A stretch of 64,000 nucleotides of DNA from Singulisphaera sp. GP187 (GTDB lineage: Bacteria; Planctomycetota; Planctomycetia; Gemmatales; Gemmataceae). The notes beneath the pieces were generated by a model. It did not search any database. It was not told the DNA's origin and saw only the letters and a program-made list of their open reading frames with translations. The translations under genes and the position numbers were made by a program. The stretch spans positions 331 through 64,330 of the forward strand of contig CAMBMH010000003.1 of NCBI GenBank assembly GCA_945868575.1, written 5' to 3'. Shown here piece after piece: positions 1 through 9,290 of this stretch. Position 1 is the stretch's first letter; every line of letters starts with the position of its first letter.

Positions 1-1772
1 TTATCCGCGAATTCCCCCGAGTGACCTTTAACAAAGCCTGCCAAAGCCGAACGGACGGAACTGCGGCCGGAATATTCATCCGGATGCAACACTCCATTTT
101 TGTCCTTATCGTATCCTGAAAACGTTTTTTCAAATTCCTTTTTCAGCTCATCCAGAGTCAATTTTCCGTCCTTGTTGGTGTCAAGTTCATCGAAGTGTGC
201 ACCAAGCCAAGGTAAACGGAGGCCATCGCCGTCCTTTTTTTCATCGGGTCGTTTTTTTCCCTTCTCCTGGCCGTCCTTTTTGTTATCCGATCCCTTTTTA
301 TTTTTACTAGGATCCTTTTTGTTGTTTTTTCCCTCTTTCATGCCATCAGGGCGATCCTTTTTTCCCTGACCACCGCCTTTCCTTGACTGATAATCCTCAA
401 CGGTTTCTCTTCCATCACCATCAGTAAACACAAAGTGATAGGTGCCGTTATTCTGAATCACATAGTTTACGGAATGGGTTTTGTCTTCGATTTGATAAAT
501 GACCGTAGCAGTCTTCTGCGCCTCATCCCGTTTGAATCCGGTAATTCGTGCTCCGCGCAAAGGCCGAAGTGCCGGACGCACATTGTTTGCCCGGGGTTGG
601 GGATCCACCTGATCCTCTATTACGGTTACCTCGCCCCGCATCCCCCCATTAATATAAGGATACTTTCGGGTGGAGTAGTAACGATACCCTCCCTCTTCCA
701 TACGGCCATTGAATGTATCAAGGTCCCGTGGTTCTTTGCCATTCGCATCAGTGTACCCAAAAAGGGGATAACCATCCAGCGCATAAGCGATCGGGTTTCC
801 CTTGCCGACAATTTTTTCCAAATGAACAGGGCCAATGTGATAGTGGTAATCGTCCCCGCGGCCGCAGTGGCCACCAAATTCATCCAGTTCCCCGGCGATC
901 AGGGTATCGGTGCGTCCATCATTTTTGATGGGGTTAAATATTGGCACACCGTTGACCGCGAGTGCGATGGCCCCACGGAAGAGGGCAGATTTGGCGGAGA
1001 CCGGATTTGCTGCCATTTTTGGATGGAGGGGAATTCTCCAGGCATTACTCCCCGTATAGGGCTGGGGTAGCGGAACCTGTTGTTGCCAAGCCCGGATACC
1101 GATCATCATGGGATGATCGGGCATTCCATTGGATTCGATATAAAAATAATTTTTATCCGAGCGAAATTTTACCCTGTCCGCAAAGGGTTCAAAAGCTTTC
1201 TGAATTTGTGGAGTTTCCTCCTTTTCCGAATTTGTTTCCGCCAGGAGGCAAACCGACCCGGTGGCCAATGCTACAGCGGAGGCTGGTAAAGCCATTTTCC
1301 TAATCGTTGCAAGTTGTCCCCACCTGCCGCCAGCCGCACCTGTTTGTTGCAGAAATTTGCAAACGAAACCAATCATAACCAAACCCAAAAGGAAAAGGAC
1401 CGCCAGACCAATATTGAATCCCGCTGCGTTATCCTGTGTTGCCCCATCCTGGGAGCCAAATTCCACATTTTGCGATTCATTAATTGATCTGATTGCATCG
1501 ACTTTTTTCAAAACCCAATCACGATCTGCCAATCCCAGTCTGCCGAATGGCACCCAAACGGTTGTGCCATCGCTTTTGGAAAGCTGCACTTTGTCATCTC
1601 GCAGTTGGACAAAAGAACCCTGTATTTCGAACAATCCCTCATTGTCTTTCCATGTTCGAAGTTGGGGGCCATGATCATGGCCTGGATGGGACAAAACGGG
1701 TTCCATAGACAGGCACAAAAAACATAACGGGAGAACTGAAACAAGTAGCTTTTTCACTTGCCTGCCCTCCAT
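1..1772 (-). CDS. SHD1-like + YHYH-domain + EF-hand secreted/membrane protein; 3' end cut by the window edge
   Basis: Absent from the supplied ORF track (no stop inside the window); found by hand-translating the minus strand, which stays open from 1772 down to position 3. N-term MEGRQVKKLLVSVLPLCFLCLS is signal-like. RTWKDNEGLFEIQGSFVQLRDDKVQLSKSDGTTVWVPFGRLGLADRDW is SHD1-like. TM segment IGLAVLFLLGLVMIGFV. GGHCGRGDDYHYHIGP is the YHYH motif. A K/D/G-rich linker precedes two canonical EF-hand loops, DTNKDGKLTLDE and DKDKNGVLHPDE. Start is ATG 1772 or GTG 1757 (GTGA overlap with the upstream stop at 1754-1756). Confidence 0.75.
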   Translation of the reverse strand, partial: MEGRQVKKLLVSVLPLCFLCLSMEPVLSHPGHDHGPQLRTWKDNEGLFEIQGSFVQLRDDKVQLSKSDGTTVWVPFGRLGLADRDWVLKKVDAIRSINESQNVEFGSQDGATQDNAAGFNIGLAVLFLLGLVMIGFVCKFLQQTGAAGGRWGQLATIRKMALPASAVALATGSVCLLAETNSEKEETPQIQKAFEPFADRVKFRSDKNYFYIESNGMPDHPMMIGIRAWQQQVPLPQPYTGSNAWRIPLHPKMAANPVSAKSALFRGAIALAVNGVPIFNPIKNDGRTDTLIAGELDEFGGHCGRGDDYHYHIGPVHLEKIVGKGNPIAYALDGYPLFGYTDANGKEPRDLDTFNGRMEEGGYRYYSTRKYPYINGGMRGEVTVIEDQVDPQPRANNVRPALRPLRGARITGFKRDEAQKTATVIYQIEDKTHSVNYVIQNNGTYHFVFTDGDGRETVEDYQSRKGGGQGKKDRPDGMKEGKNNKKDPSKNKKGSDNKKDGQEKGKKRPDEKKDGDGLRLPWLGAHFDELDTNKDGKLTLDELKKEFEKTFSGYDKDKNGVLHPDEYSGRSSVRSALAGFVKGHSGEFAD

Positions 1773-2547
1773 GGAAGTGGCCCAGTAATATCCAGATTGG
1801 GTTTGGTGTTCCATCGGGGTTTCCAGCCTTCTTTTTCAATCCGTGTTCGGAAAAGGACGGTGTTATCCAGGTCTATGTCGTCTGACCAGATGAACTTGGC
1901 TCCCTTGAAATCAGCCTTGTAAAAGGACTCTTTGGGATTTACCTGTTCTTCGCTATATTCTTTTGCACTGGGCCAGGATTTGTCATCAAAATCGATTGCG
2001 AACCAGTTTTCCGGAATCGGTGTGTGTATGACTTTGGGATTTTTTACATCGTGTTTAAGAGGTCCTGTGAAAAACGGTTTGGCTTTCCAACGGGCATTTG
2101 TCACGGTTCCATCGCCAAATTTGAGGATAAAACCTCCATCACCAATCTGGTCCCCATATTCCAAACCTGTTTTAGGATCGGAATTATCCGTGCCAATACC
2201 GCGATGGTCATGGGGTATTCGGGCAGGATATCCACGGAAATGACATTGTGCGGGATGAAATCAATAGAGTCGACGGCTATCAGCTTTCCATTGATGTAGA
2301 GGATAAACCAATTATCGGCATAAATATTTGCTTTGATGGTATCAGACATTGAAGCTTTTACCAAACCGGGAGGGCCACCACGCCCCTTGTTTTTTCCTTT
2401 GTCCCCTTTGCCTTTTTGACCTTTTTCACTCTTTCCTGCCGCTGGCGGTTGTGCAGACATTAGGGCCATGGAAAAAGTTCCGCCCATAACAAAGATCAAG
2501 CCAATGCAAAATACTTTCCTAATCCAAACTATTCCCATTTTGCTCAT
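1754..2547 (-). pseudogene. Secreted beta-sandwich-like hypothetical protein, apparently split by a 1-nt frameshift near 2186-2196
   Basis: ORF 2101..2652 (signal peptide MSKMGIVWIRKVFCIGLIFVMGG, K/G-rich linker, ...NVISVDILPEYPMTIAVLA) continues naturally in ORF 1754..2164, whose frame is open from 2260 (TDNSDPKTGLEYGDQIGDGGFILKFGDGTV...). The two frames differ by one nt. ATG 2547 sits 1 nt after the anti-sigma stop, with GAGGAGG about 9 nt upstream. Confidence 0.6.
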
Positions 2548-2548
2548 T

Positions 2549-3511
2549 TTAATAATCCTCCTCGATGATTTGGATTTCCTTGCCATGATGTTTATTGTGG
2601 TCAAAGAACTGCGGACCGAGAAAATCTTGGTCCACCAATTCCATGGAAACACTATCCGGTCCCCCTTTTGCCTGCGGCATTCCTCTGAAAACCATTCTGT
2701 GAATCACAAGTGTTTCCGGCTCGTACCACAACTCAATATGGTTTGGGCCACGATAATCTTTCGATTTTTTTTCGGCCATGATTTTTCGCAAACCCATGGT
2801 TTCGGTCTTTTCGAGAATAATGAAATACGCATCCCGCATTTGAACCAAATCGGATCGCAGGTTGACAAATAGGACACCATGCTGGTTGCCCGGAACTGGC
2901 CCCCGAAACCGCAAGGGATTATTGCTCACCCGGACAGGTCCCCTTGCAGGCAGAGACCAGCTTTGCTCGCCATCGCTTCCCGTAAGGAATGCCCGGCCAT
3001 CGGGGAATTTTCGAATGAGAACATATTGGTCAGGCTGTCGCACATGAAGAATTGCGCCGTCAATTGGCGCTTGATGATCGTTCAAGGATTTTTGATTTAT
3101 ATCCAGATTGCGAATAAGGTAAGTGCGGTCTGTGGGTTTTGAAGAGGCATCAATGAGCCTGTTCATTTCACCTCCCGCATTCAAAGATCCAGGATTGCCC
3201 CACCATACAAGGAAAGAAATCATCAAGGCCAAACTGGTCAGGCCACCAATCCAACCAATTGTAAAGCCACGGGAGATCTTTTTTTTGTTTCCAGAGGTTA
3301 CTGGATTGCCGTTTCCAATTTCGTTACCCATTTGAAGGGATTTGCCAGCACGGATCAAATCCCCCAGATGGTTTTCAAGGGATGCAGCCCTGGAGAAGAC
3401 TCTTGTATTATCCGGGCTTTTCCTGATCAGGCAATTGAGTTGGTCTTCCTGATCGGGGGTTAGCAAACCATCAAAGTAAAGACGGATCAAATCCTCAATT
3501 TTATCGGTCAT
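2549..3511 (-). CDS. Putative anti-sigma factor (single-pass membrane protein)
   Basis: Start MTDKIEDLIRLYFDG at 3511 overlaps the sigma-factor stop (ATGA). One TM segment (GFTIGWIGGLTSLALMISFLVWW) after a ~100-aa cytoplasmic N-domain. Function assigned by position immediately downstream of an ECF sigma gene. Confidence 0.55.
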   Translation of the reverse strand: MTDKIEDLIRLYFDGLLTPDQEDQLNCLIRKSPDNTRVFSRAASLENHLGDLIRAGKSLQMGNEIGNGNPVTSGNKKKISRGFTIGWIGGLTSLALMISFLVWWGNPGSLNAGGEMNRLIDASSKPTDRTYLIRNLDINQKSLNDHQAPIDGAILHVRQPDQYVLIRKFPDGRAFLTGSDGEQSWSLPARGPVRVSNNPLRFRGPVPGNQHGVLFVNLRSDLVQMRDAYFIILEKTETMGLRKIMAEKKSKDYRGPNHIELWYEPETLVIHRMVFRGMPQAKGGPDSVSMELVDQDFLGPQFFDHNKHHGKEIQIIEEDY

Positions 3512-4032
3512 GGATGGCCCTCCGCCGCAAGCCATTTCCCCTCGATACAATCCCGCAATCGGTCCCTTATCCTTTGCAAGGCCTTGGAGACCCCATTTGG
3601 GCTCAATCCAACAATGTCGCCAATTGCCGAGGGTTTGAGGTCCTTTTCATAACGTAGTCGGCAAAGAGTCCGGGAATGATCATCCAGGGAATCCAGACAT
3701 TCGCCGAGATGATCCAGTTTTTTGTTCGTGATTACGGAATCATTTGAGAACGATTCTGACAAAGCTTCGATGGATTCCGAATCAAATATCAGGTGGCTTC
3801 GGACATTTTGCCTTGCATAAAGCCTTACCTGATTGCGTGCTATGCCGATTGCCCATGGGAGAAAAGGTTTCCCAGGATCATATCTCTCAAAAGAATCGAT
3901 AATCGCCATGGCGGTTTCCTGGAGGATGTCATCCCTTGAAGGAATGTCACGAACCAGTGAACCAACAAATGCTGAGATGGTGGGGAGTGCCACGGTCCAG
4001 TGCCGGGTAGCTTGTCTTGCTTGGTCATTCAT
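3508..4032 (-). CDS. ECF-type RNA polymerase sigma-70 family factor
   Basis: Start MNDQARQ at 4032 (the long upstream ORF extension looks non-coding). Region 2-like DILQETAMAIIDSFERYDP...FLPWAIGIARNQV. Region 4 HTH LRYEKDLKPSAIGDIVGLSPNGVSKALQRIRDRLR. Confidence 0.85.
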   Translation of the reverse strand: MNDQARQATRHWTVALPTISAFVGSLVRDIPSRDDILQETAMAIIDSFERYDPGKPFLPWAIGIARNQVRLYARQNVRSHLIFDSESIEALSESFSNDSVITNKKLDHLGECLDSLDDHSRTLCRLRYEKDLKPSAIGDIVGLSPNGVSKALQRIRDRLRDCIEGKWLAAEGHP

Positions 4033-4364
4033 GGAAACATCCCGTTCTTGCCTCTGTTTACACTTAACCGTTGACCACCGTTTATGACCAAAATTTTTGC
4101 AAATTTTTCCGCTTCCCCTAAAGGCTTGCATTGCAAAACCACAAGGTGTGCTATCAGGAAACACAAATATTGGCTGACATCCAGAACCAGGTGGGTGATG
4201 ATTCACGGTCGATTTTGTTAACGGAGCCAATCCGGTTTGGCCTGCCTGGTGCGATTACTAATTCATGGTTCCGAAGAGAAAAGAATCCGCCAACAAGGCA
4301 ATTGCGGAAAGATCCAAAAAAATTTGCGTCCAGAAAACGAATCGAAAAACCCAAATTAGCTCAT

Positions 4365-4389
4365 CGGATTTTCCTGATTGGAAAATCCG
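4365..4389 (-). terminator. Perfect 10-bp hairpin (cggattttcc / ggaaaatccg, 5-nt loop) about 54 nt downstream of the hdeD-like stop
   Basis: Inverted repeat read directly from the sequence. No adjacent U-tract on the minus-strand transcript, so terminator function is uncertain. Confidence 0.3.
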
Positions 4390-4442
4390 CGGATAAAGAT
4401 CGGGGCGGGATTCTCACGCATGGGAGTGGCTTACCTTGCCTA

Positions 4443-5033
4443 CTATTTCCTGGCCTCGGTTGCCGGGATTTTTTTCGCCGCCAATGCCAACATAACCAAC
4501 GACAAACCATTAAAAATCATGTCGATTCCAACGAAAAGGCCAATTACCCACAATCCCGAAAAGGGCCATTCTTGCCAAATGGCAACTCCCAACCACAGGT
4601 TGATCAAACCATGGACGAGTAGCCATATCCAGTTGGGAAAGCGGAAGGAAATTGCCACAACGATCCGCGAGACCCCGCCAAAAATAAGGAACATGGCAAT
4701 AAGCAAAGTTAATGTCACAGCGGTGGCTGCGGGACTTGCCGCAATCAATGCTCCTACCACGGTGGAGAGAATTCCACTTAGAAGGTCAACAAAAAAACCA
4801 TTCCAGCCCCTGGTGGAAAAGGCATGAACGATCTGAAACAAGCCCGTCCCGATCAGCAACCATCCAATCAGCTCCATGGTGGCCAAGGTCATCAACACCG
4901 AGGATCCGATTGCGAAGATTCCCAGCAGTATCAGCGAAAGGCCGACCGCAAAAAACCAAAACCAACGCTTGCGGACTTCCTCAATTCCATGTTGCAATGG
5001 GGGCAAAACCGTTACTTGGGAAAATTGTGACAT
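4443..5033 (-). CDS. HdeD/DUF308 family membrane protein
   Basis: Six hydrophobic helices with the DUF308-like repeat pattern (GILSTVVGALIAASP..., WLLVHGLINLWLGVAIW..., VIGLFVGIDMIFNGLSLV). ATG 5033 is preceded by GAAGGAAGG. Confidence 0.8.
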   Translation of the reverse strand: MSQFSQVTVLPPLQHGIEEVRKRWFWFFAVGLSLILLGIFAIGSSVLMTLATMELIGWLLIGTGLFQIVHAFSTRGWNGFFVDLLSGILSTVVGALIAASPAATAVTLTLLIAMFLIFGGVSRIVVAISFRFPNWIWLLVHGLINLWLGVAIWQEWPFSGLWVIGLFVGIDMIFNGLSLVMLALAAKKIPATEARK

Positions 5034-5062
5034 TGATCCTTCCTTCGGTTGGCGCAACCGTG

Positions 5063-5159
5063 AAAATCTGATTTTTGGGATACTTTTTTATTCTATTGCG
5101 GATTGTTTAAAAAATTTGGAATGAACGAAATGCTTAGGCAAAAACCAAAATCAGATTTT
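5063..5159. repeat. Long-range inverted repeat (arms 5063-5078 and 5145-5159, about 66-nt AT-rich spacer)
   Basis: aaaatctgatttttgg versus ccaaaatcagatttt: 15 paired positions with a one-A bulge. Lies in the guaA-hdeD intergenic region. Confidence 0.5.
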
Positions 5160-5331
5160 GCTTTAGAAGCATGAATTTTGGAAATTTAGGAATTGGGCCG
5201 CTAAAGAGTGAGCATGAACAATAGGCAATCAGTCGCGTCTATTTGTTCGGGAATCGAGGCTTTCGTTCGTCATTTTTCACCCGGAAAGGCACAAGAAGAT
5301 TGCCTGTCCGGGCGGGATTTCAAAGGGTGTC

Positions 5332-6882
5332 TTATTCCCACTCAATCGTGGCAGGCGGTTTGCTTGAGATGTCATAAGCGACCCGATTGACGCCACGCAC
5401 CTCGTTGATGATTCGGGTCGAAACCTTGGCAAGAAGTTCGTGGGGCAGACGCGTCCAGTCAGCGGTCATGAAGTCGTCCGTCTGAACACATCGAAGAGCA
5501 ATCACCTGATCATAGGTCCGGCCATCACCCATCACACCCACCGTGCGGACAGGCAACAGCACCGCAAATGCCTGGGAAGTTTGCCTGTATAGACCGGCAG
5601 CCCGGAGCTCTTCAAGGAAGATCACATCCGCATGACGCAGTATGGTAAGCCGTTCCGGAGTTACTTCGCCCAAACATCGAACTGCAAGGCCCGGTCCGGG
5701 GAATGGATGGCGCCAAACCACCTCTTCCGGAAGCCCAAGCACTTCGCCAAGCTTTCGGACTTCGTCCTTGAACAGGTCGCGCAGAGGTTCCACCAGGTCG
5801 AAACCAAGTTCCTCAGGAAGACCACCAACATTGTGGTGAGTCTTGATCGTGGCCGCAGGACCATCCGCCGCGCCACCCGATTCGATCACATCCGGATAAA
5901 GGGTCCCCTGGGCCAGGAACTTGGCGTTTTCGATCCCCTTGGCCGCCTCACGGAAAGCGTCAATGAAAACATGGCCGATCCGCTTGCGCTTGACCTGGGG
6001 ATCCTCGATTCCCTTGAGAGCGTCAAGAAAACGGGCCGAGGCATCAATCATCCTGAAGTCGGCTCCGGAATGTCCGCGGAACACCCGCTCGACCTCCTCC
6101 GCCTCGCCACTTCGAAGGAGACCATTGTCGACAAAGATGCAAACCGTTTGCGAACCGATGGCCTTTGCCAAAAGGGCCGCGCACACGGACGAGTCGACCC
6201 CGCCTGAAAGTCCGCAGATCACCCTGTTGTCGCCAACCTTTTGCCGAATACTCTCCGATTGGCTCCGGACAAAATCTCCCATATCCCAGGTTGAGGGTGC
6301 CTTGCAAACTCCGAAAAGGAAGTTCCCAAGGATGTTGCGGCCGAACTCGGTGTGAACCACTTCGGGATGGAACTGGAGAGTATAAACCGCCCGGTAACGG
6401 TGCTTTGCGGCTGCCATGGGGCAGGTCGGGGTCGAAGCGAGCACTTCCCATTCGTTGGGCCCCGCCTGGACCTGGTCACCATGGCTCATCCAGACCGTGG
6501 AGTGCTTGGTTACCCCGTCGAAAAGGCCGGTGGAATGGGAGATGGTCAGCTCGGCCCTTCCGAATTCGCGATGTGGCGCCTGGATGACTTTGGCGCCAAG
6601 GATCTGGCAGGAGAGTTGCATGCCATAGCAGATCCCCAAAATCGGAATACCCAATTCAAAGATTGCGGGGTCGCACTTGGGCGCGCCCTTTTCATAAACG
6701 CTGGATGGGCCACCACTGAGGATAATTCCCGTGGGGGCCAATTCCCTGATCCGATCCGCGGGGAGGTCATGGCGCACCAGGCGACAAAACACCTTGAGCT
6801 CGCGAACACGGCGGGCAATCAGCTGTGCATACTGGGAGCCGAAATCCAGAATTAGGATGGAATCATGAGGCTTGCTGGACAT
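5332..6882 (-). CDS. guaA: GMP synthase (glutamine-hydrolysing)
   Basis: 516 aa. N-terminal GATase ([28 protein letters not shown]), PP-loop SGGVDSSV, C-terminal ...PPATIEWE. Confidence 0.97.
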   Translation of the reverse strand: MSSKPHDSILILDFGSQYAQLIARRVRELKVFCRLVRHDLPADRIRELAPTGIILSGGPSSVYEKGAPKCDPAIFELGIPILGICYGMQLSCQILGAKVIQAPHREFGRAELTISHSTGLFDGVTKHSTVWMSHGDQVQAGPNEWEVLASTPTCPMAAAKHRYRAVYTLQFHPEVVHTEFGRNILGNFLFGVCKAPSTWDMGDFVRSQSESIRQKVGDNRVICGLSGGVDSSVCAALLAKAIGSQTVCIFVDNGLLRSGEAEEVERVFRGHSGADFRMIDASARFLDALKGIEDPQVKRKRIGHVFIDAFREAAKGIENAKFLAQGTLYPDVIESGGAADGPAATIKTHHNVGGLPEELGFDLVEPLRDLFKDEVRKLGEVLGLPEEVVWRHPFPGPGLAVRCLGEVTPERLTILRHADVIFLEELRAAGLYRQTSQAFAVLLPVRTVGVMGDGRTYDQVIALRCVQTDDFMTADWTRLPHELLAKVSTRIINEVRGVNRVAYDISSKPPATIEWE

Positions 6883-6931
6883 GGATCAATTTCCGGATTT
6901 GAAATTATGTTTCTTGAATAGTGGTTGGGGA

Positions 6932-7750
6932 TCACTGTTTTCCCAGTTCCGCCGACCGTTTTGCGGCAGCATCAACCGCCCGGATAAGCGCGCCGCGTAT
7001 GCCCGCTTGTTCCAATTCAAAAAGCCCCTGGATTGTGGTGCCCGCAGGGCTGGCAACATCGTCCTTGAGCTGGCCGGGATGGCGCCCGGTTTCCAACACC
7101 ATTTTGGCCGCCCCCAAAAGGGTCTGGGCCGCAAGTATGGTCGCCACATCCCTTGGCAACCCCGCCTTGACCCCACCATCCGCAAGAGCCTCGATCATCA
7201 CAAATCCATAAGCGGGGCCCGACCCGGAAAGCCCCGTAACCGCATCCATCAGATGCTCGGGAACAACAAATGCCCGGCCAACCGCATTAAATAGTCGGGA
7301 AACGATCTGGGCATCCTCGGCGGTCGCTCCCGGACCAGTTGCATAAGCGGTTGCGGATTCACCCACCATGCAAGGCGTGTTCGGCATGATCCGCACGACC
7401 CTGCCATGCCCAAGCGCCTTTTGCAAACGATCGAGTGTGGCGCCCGCGATGATCGAAAGCACCAGCTTTTTGGAGCCCAGATGACTCCCAACCAGTTCCA
7501 TCAGATCCCGCAGGGATTGGGGCTTTACCGCCAAAACCACAATATCTGATCCCAAAATCACCTTGGTGGGATCGTTGGTGGCTTCAAATCCTGTAGTTTT
7601 GGTAAAATGATCCCGGGCGGACTCCAGAACATCACAAGCAAGGCAATCGCCCGCCGCAACAAGGCCCGCTTGTTTCCAGCCTTCAGCAAGGGCGGTGGCC
7701 ATGCGGCCGGCACCAAGGAAACCAACCCGAATTCTCTCCGTCGACGCCAT
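6932..7750 (-). CDS. proC: Pyrroline-5-carboxylate reductase
   Basis: 272 aa. Rossmann motif VGFLGAGRMATALAEG, ...MPNTPCMVGE..., C-terminal VASPAGTTIQGL. Confidence 0.93.
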   Translation of the reverse strand: MASTERIRVGFLGAGRMATALAEGWKQAGLVAAGDCLACDVLESARDHFTKTTGFEATNDPTKVILGSDIVVLAVKPQSLRDLMELVGSHLGSKKLVLSIIAGATLDRLQKALGHGRVVRIMPNTPCMVGESATAYATGPGATAEDAQIVSRLFNAVGRAFVVPEHLMDAVTGLSGSGPAYGFVMIEALADGGVKAGLPRDVATILAAQTLLGAAKMVLETGRHPGQLKDDVASPAGTTIQGLFELEQAGIRGALIRAVDAAAKRSAELGKQ

Positions 7751-7892
7751 GTTCGCGTCCTCAAAACCAAAAGAATAGTCTACCCGATTTGTTGTAACTC
7801 TTCAATCTTGTGGCATCGATTTGGCCCGATTGGTAGAACACAATTACGCCAACCTCGATAAACTTATCTCCCATTCCCCCACGGAACCGGCC

Positions 7893-9269
7893 ATGTCCTT
7901 TATTCCCGCCGTATCCACCAAACCAAGCCTCCGCGATTTGAATGGTTATCAGTGGTTTGTTTTTGCAATGGCCTCCCTTGCATGGCTTTTTGATTGCCTC
8001 GACCAGCAACTCTTCATTCTGGCCCGAAATGATGCCCTGAAATCGCTCCTTCCCGGGGCCGATCCTACCACGGTCAAGCTCTATGGTGGATACGCGACCT
8101 CGATTTTTTTGGCGGGATGGGCCACGGGGGGGCTTTTCTTTGGTTCCATCGGAGACAGGGTAGGGCGAGCCAAAACCCTTACTATCACAGTACTTATCTA
8201 CAGCCTTTGCACCGGCCTTTCGGCGTTTTCGACGGGATGGCTCGACTTTGCCGCTTATCGGTTCCTCACCGGACTTGGTGTGGGAGGCGTGTTTGGTTTG
8301 GCGGTAGCCCTTATTGCTGATAGCCTCCCTCCCGCCAATCGCCCCGGCGCTTTGGGCCTTCTACAGGCGCTTTCCGCAGTGGGAAATGTCACGGCTGGGC
8401 TAATCAGCATGCTAATGGCAAGCCTTACCGCATCAGGAACCATCGCCCCGGGAACTTCCTGGAAATACATGTTCCTAATTGGCGCTGTTCCGGCATTTCT
8501 CTGTGTTTTTATCCAGATGCGACTCAAGGAACCCGCCAATTGGATTGCCGCAAAAGCCGCCGCCAAGGAAACCGGCGTGCGGTTTGGGTCCTACCTGGAA
8601 CTCTTTGGTGATTCTCGCTGGCGGACCAACGCACTTTTGGGAATGCTCCTTTGCATCACCGGTGTGGTTGGGCTTTGGGGCATCGGATTTTTCAGTCCCG
8701 AACTGGTAGGCGATGTGATCACCAAGTCCCTCAGGGAAAAAGGGATCCCGGAAGACCAAATCGCGAGCCAGAAAGGGTACTGGATTGGAATCAATTCCAT
8801 CATTCAGAACCTTGGGGCCTTTTTCGGGATGATTGGTTTTTCCTGGGTTGCCCAAAAGATTGGACGAAAGGGCGCTTTCACGATCGGTTTCATCGCCGCA
8901 TTTTTCGTAACATTTGGCTACTTCCGAATGTTTCAAACCATGAATGACCTTTGGATGAGCGCTTTGATGGGCTTTTTCCAATTGGGGCTTTTTGCCGGTT
9001 TCGCGATTTACCTTCCGGAACTTTTTCCCCTCCGATTGCGCAGCACCGGAACCAGTTTCTGTTACAATTTGGGGCGGTTCATCGCCGCAAGCGGCCCCTT
9101 TACCCTTGGTATGCTCCAGCAATACCTGGCCCAGGGAGCCAGAGAGCGGGGCGCGTCTGAACTGGATGCGTTTCGCGATGCTTGCTGCGCGATGAGCACG
9201 GTGTTTTTGCTTGGCCTTGTGGCGGTCTTTTTCCTGCCCGAGACCAAGGGGAAGCCATTGCCTGAGTAG
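7893..9269 (+). CDS. MFS transporter
   Basis: About 12 predicted TM helices; MFS loop motif GSIGDRVGRAKTL. ATG 7893 is preferred over the TTG at 7821. Confidence 0.85.
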   Translation: MSFIPAVSTKPSLRDLNGYQWFVFAMASLAWLFDCLDQQLFILARNDALKSLLPGADPTTVKLYGGYATSIFLAGWATGGLFFGSIGDRVGRAKTLTITVLIYSLCTGLSAFSTGWLDFAAYRFLTGLGVGGVFGLAVALIADSLPPANRPGALGLLQALSAVGNVTAGLISMLMASLTASGTIAPGTSWKYMFLIGAVPAFLCVFIQMRLKEPANWIAAKAAAKETGVRFGSYLELFGDSRWRTNALLGMLLCITGVVGLWGIGFFSPELVGDVITKSLREKGIPEDQIASQKGYWIGINSIIQNLGAFFGMIGFSWVAQKIGRKGAFTIGFIAAFFVTFGYFRMFQTMNDLWMSALMGFFQLGLFAGFAIYLPELFPLRLRSTGTSFCYNLGRFIAASGPFTLGMLQQYLAQGARERGASELDAFRDACCAMSTVFLLGLVAVFFLPETKGKPLPE

Positions 9270-9290
9270 CCCCTTTGCCCCGAGGCCCCT

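Noticed and set aside
100-1708. Plus-strand ORFs at 100..369, 435..1070, 713..928, 962..1303, 1080..1289, 1261..1674 and 1493..1708.
   Set aside because: Their products are low-complexity or Cys/Trp/Arg/Pro-rich and not protein-like. They lie antisense to the well-supported minus-strand SHD1/YHYH/EF-hand gene, so I treat them as shadow ORFs.
5270-5331. Imperfect hairpin (cccggacaggca...tgcctttccggg) just downstream of guaA, considered as its terminator.
   Set aside because: The T-run is on the wrong side for the minus-strand transcript (the hairpin is followed by A-rich sequence). It is not a canonical intrinsic terminator.
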